A DNA stretch of 64,000 bases, taken from Dimorphilus gyrociliatus. Taxonomy: Eukaryota > Animalia > Annelida. Below, one piece after another: positions 52,331 to 64,000 of the stretch. The position numbers and the translations under genes were made by a program. The stretch's first letter is position 1. Every line of letters begins with the position of its first letter. The notes beneath the pieces were generated by a model. The model worked only from the letters and a program-made list of their open reading frames with translations, was not told the origin of the DNA and made no database searches. The stretch spans positions 3,230,684-3,294,683 of the forward strand of contig CAJFCJ010000019.1 of assembly GCA_904063045.1 (NCBI GenBank), written 5' to 3'.

Positions 52331-52821
52331 AACGTATATTTTTATATATATTGTATTGCTTTAAAAAATATAACAAATACAACTTTTCTTTTTAAAATAG
52401 TCTTTAGTCAGTAAATTGTAAGGAATTTAATACATGCGATCAATAAAAACTAGAGACTATTTATCACAAAAGGTGGCGCTGGAGTGACAGTTGAAGTAAA
52501 TAGGAGTGGTTAGCCGCTGAGAACGTTATCCGAAACTTCTTTGTCGACTCTGAGGAGTGTAAATAATACAATTATATCGGATTTTCATCATGAATTGCAG
52601 GTAACGACATGCTGATGAAAATTATTTTGAATGACATTAGATGATTTAAAAATCGTGTTCTCTCTGTATAAAACACGGAGACGATCGATAACGACGGTTG
52701 GAGAGAAATGTATATGTTTTTGCGCAATATTTCGCGTTGGACGTCTGCCAAATTGAGCAGCGTCGAACAAAGGATTTGAAGATAGACAGCTTTGGATGTA
52801 TTTAAATAATTTCAGAGTAAT

Positions 52822-57749
<4,928 letters not shown>

Positions 57750-58094
57750 CACTAATCACGCTGGTGTGTATGCTTGAAAGTTTCCGATTTTATGCACACT
57801 GCCTTTGTATGAGTTGAACTTGAAAGTTTTGTGTCTTTCTATTTTCCTTATAGATGCGTTGTTAAACGCACATTTGAGTGTGACCATTGTAGATATTTGA
57901 ATGAAAAATCTGTGTGATGCTTTCTTAAAAAGTCTAGTCGATCTTTTTTCTTTGAAATGAATTGTGCCGTGAATGAATTAATGATAAATGTAATCTGCAA
58001 TTTTTGACTTGTACAGTTCTCCGAAATTGTGTTTTATGAAGAAGAGAACACTTGAAAATATAGTGTACAAACGTATGCTAAATGACAATTGAAA

Positions 58095-58265
58095 ATATAT
58101 AATATACTATAAATATACATATATTCATGTATAAATATGAAAAAAGTATATATAAATATGTGTATAGATATTAGTATATATACGGTTATAATATTCTACA
58201 TGCATATATGTATATTTTAATGCTGTATATTCGTCTACGAAAGTATATACAGTATTCATATATCT
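58095..58265. repeat. Low-complexity degenerate TA/TATAC tract between the convergent BAHCC1 and MRPS24 3' ends
   Basis: Dense alternating AT with no perfect unit. Confidence 0.6.
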
Positions 58266-58364
58266 ATTGACTGGAGGTTAATATTTAATAGACGCACTTG
58301 AGAAATTGATTCCTTTGTGTTTTAGCAAATTTTTTTCGAATTATATTTAACGAATTTTAACATT

Positions 58365-58880
58365 TTATTTACGTCGGAATACTACATCTCGACTATTTTC
58401 TACAGTTTGAATTTCCATTCGAACTGGTTGTTTAAGTAGAAAACTAAGTAATTCTTCAGTATATCCTTTCAAAAAATAAATTTTATTAGGTGGCACTGCT
58501 TGTCGAACAATTCCAGCTATTATTATTAAATTGGCCCTTCGCTTTATGATAGTTTCGGAAACGAAGAGTCGATGCCATGTTCCTGCGATGAATTTCCTAA
58601 TTAACACATCTTGAACAGATATTTCTCCAGTATCTTTTGATTCGCCATAAAGGCCTGTACTATTCCACGAATTCCACGTTTTTTTCACTCCGATTGTATG
58701 AGGTTTCATTGCTTCTTCATAAGTAAGTCTTTTCGATCTATCAGGAGAGCTTTTCGGTACACCTGATTTAATATTATTGAAGGAAACTGAGGAAGAAGAT
58801 ATAGTCCGAACATACTGAAACGATTGACGACATACACAAAAGCCGCATAGACTGGGCTTTATCCTGGAGACGAACGCCAT
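58365..58880 (-). CDS. MRPS24: Mitochondrial ribosomal protein uS3m (S24), single exon
   Basis: MAFVSRIKP... targeting-like N-terminus; LTYEEAMKPHTIGVKKTWNSWNS; DVLIRKFIAGTW; IIKRRAN; KIYFLKGYTEELLSFLLKQPVRMEIQTV. Confidence 0.92.
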   Translation of the reverse strand: MAFVSRIKPSLCGFCVCRQSFQYVRTISSSSVSFNNIKSGVPKSSPDRSKRLTYEEAMKPHTIGVKKTWNSWNSTGLYGESKDTGEISVQDVLIRKFIAGTWHRLFVSETIIKRRANLIIIAGIVRQAVPPNKIYFLKGYTEELLSFLLKQPVRMEIQTVENSRDVVFRRK

Positions 58881-59139
58881 GTTTTTCGTTCTTAAGTTCA
58901 GTAACCGGTTATTGTCGGTCACATAGGTTCCTGGTTGAAAAATATTAAATAATGATTTTAAAAATTCTTTATAACCCTTGTGTCAATAAAAGCCCCCACA
59001 ATTCTGAAATAATTGTTAGATTATGCTATTGAAAGGAACCGATATTTACACTTACTGCGTTGTATCGATTATGCAAATGAAGCAGCGGATGTAGGCCGAC
59101 ATCTTTGAGATCTGCTCGGCGCGGCAGTAAAGAGGTTGA

Positions 59140-63886
<4,747 letters not shown>

Positions 63887-63933
63887 AAAAGATTTAACAA
63901 TCTTAATAATTGAACTTCGTTTGTGATTACAGT

Positions 63934-63953
63934 TCTCTCTCTCTCTCTCTCTC
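63934..63953. repeat. (TC)10 microsatellite in the PKC 3' region
   Basis: Perfect TC run read directly. Confidence 0.9.
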
Positions 63954-64000
63954 TTTCTTTTTTTTTTAAAGAATAGATTTGTTTCTTTATTTATTTGTCT

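Noticed and set aside
51894-52382. 162-aa minus-strand ORF overlapping CHMP6
   Set aside because: Shadow of the CHMP6 coding exon; starts in AT-rich 3' sequence and has no motif.

Overview
Eukaryotic, AT-rich and very gene-dense animal DNA, not prokaryotic: about 20 intron-containing genes in 64 kb, most introns about 47-75 nt GT-AG. I found no recognisable transposons, RNA genes or CRISPR arrays. This pattern suggests a miniaturised invertebrate genome; the annelid Dimorphilus gyrociliatus is a candidate by inference only. Gene order: death-domain-like gene (+, 5' end unresolved), non-muscle myosin II (-), XAB2/SYF1 (+), phospholipase B-like (-), tolloid-like astacin (+), MRPL1 (-), CNOT6/CCR4 (+), profilin (-), GBF1 (+), RNF216 (-), DLG5 (+), EMC3 (-), centrobin (+), unnamed TRAF-zinc-finger/CHORD-like gene (+), alpha-L-fucosidase (-), UBC9 (-), CHMP6 (+), BAHCC1/TNRC18-like (+), MRPS24 (-), conventional PKC (+). 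The most notable results are invisible in the ORF track. (1) A 186-aa TRAF-ZF plus CHORD-like protein whose C-terminal zinc finger appears to be built from four consecutive phase-0 micro-exons of 6, 15, 9 and 3 nt. (2) Four candidate micro-exons in myosin II, affecting loop 1, the post-switch-II segment and the tailpiece. (3) A large hidden in-frame exon inside a CNOT6 intron. (4) Eight head-to-head gene pairs with recurrent TCACGTGA E-boxes and ETS motifs. All splice models were read by eye and need transcript confirmation.
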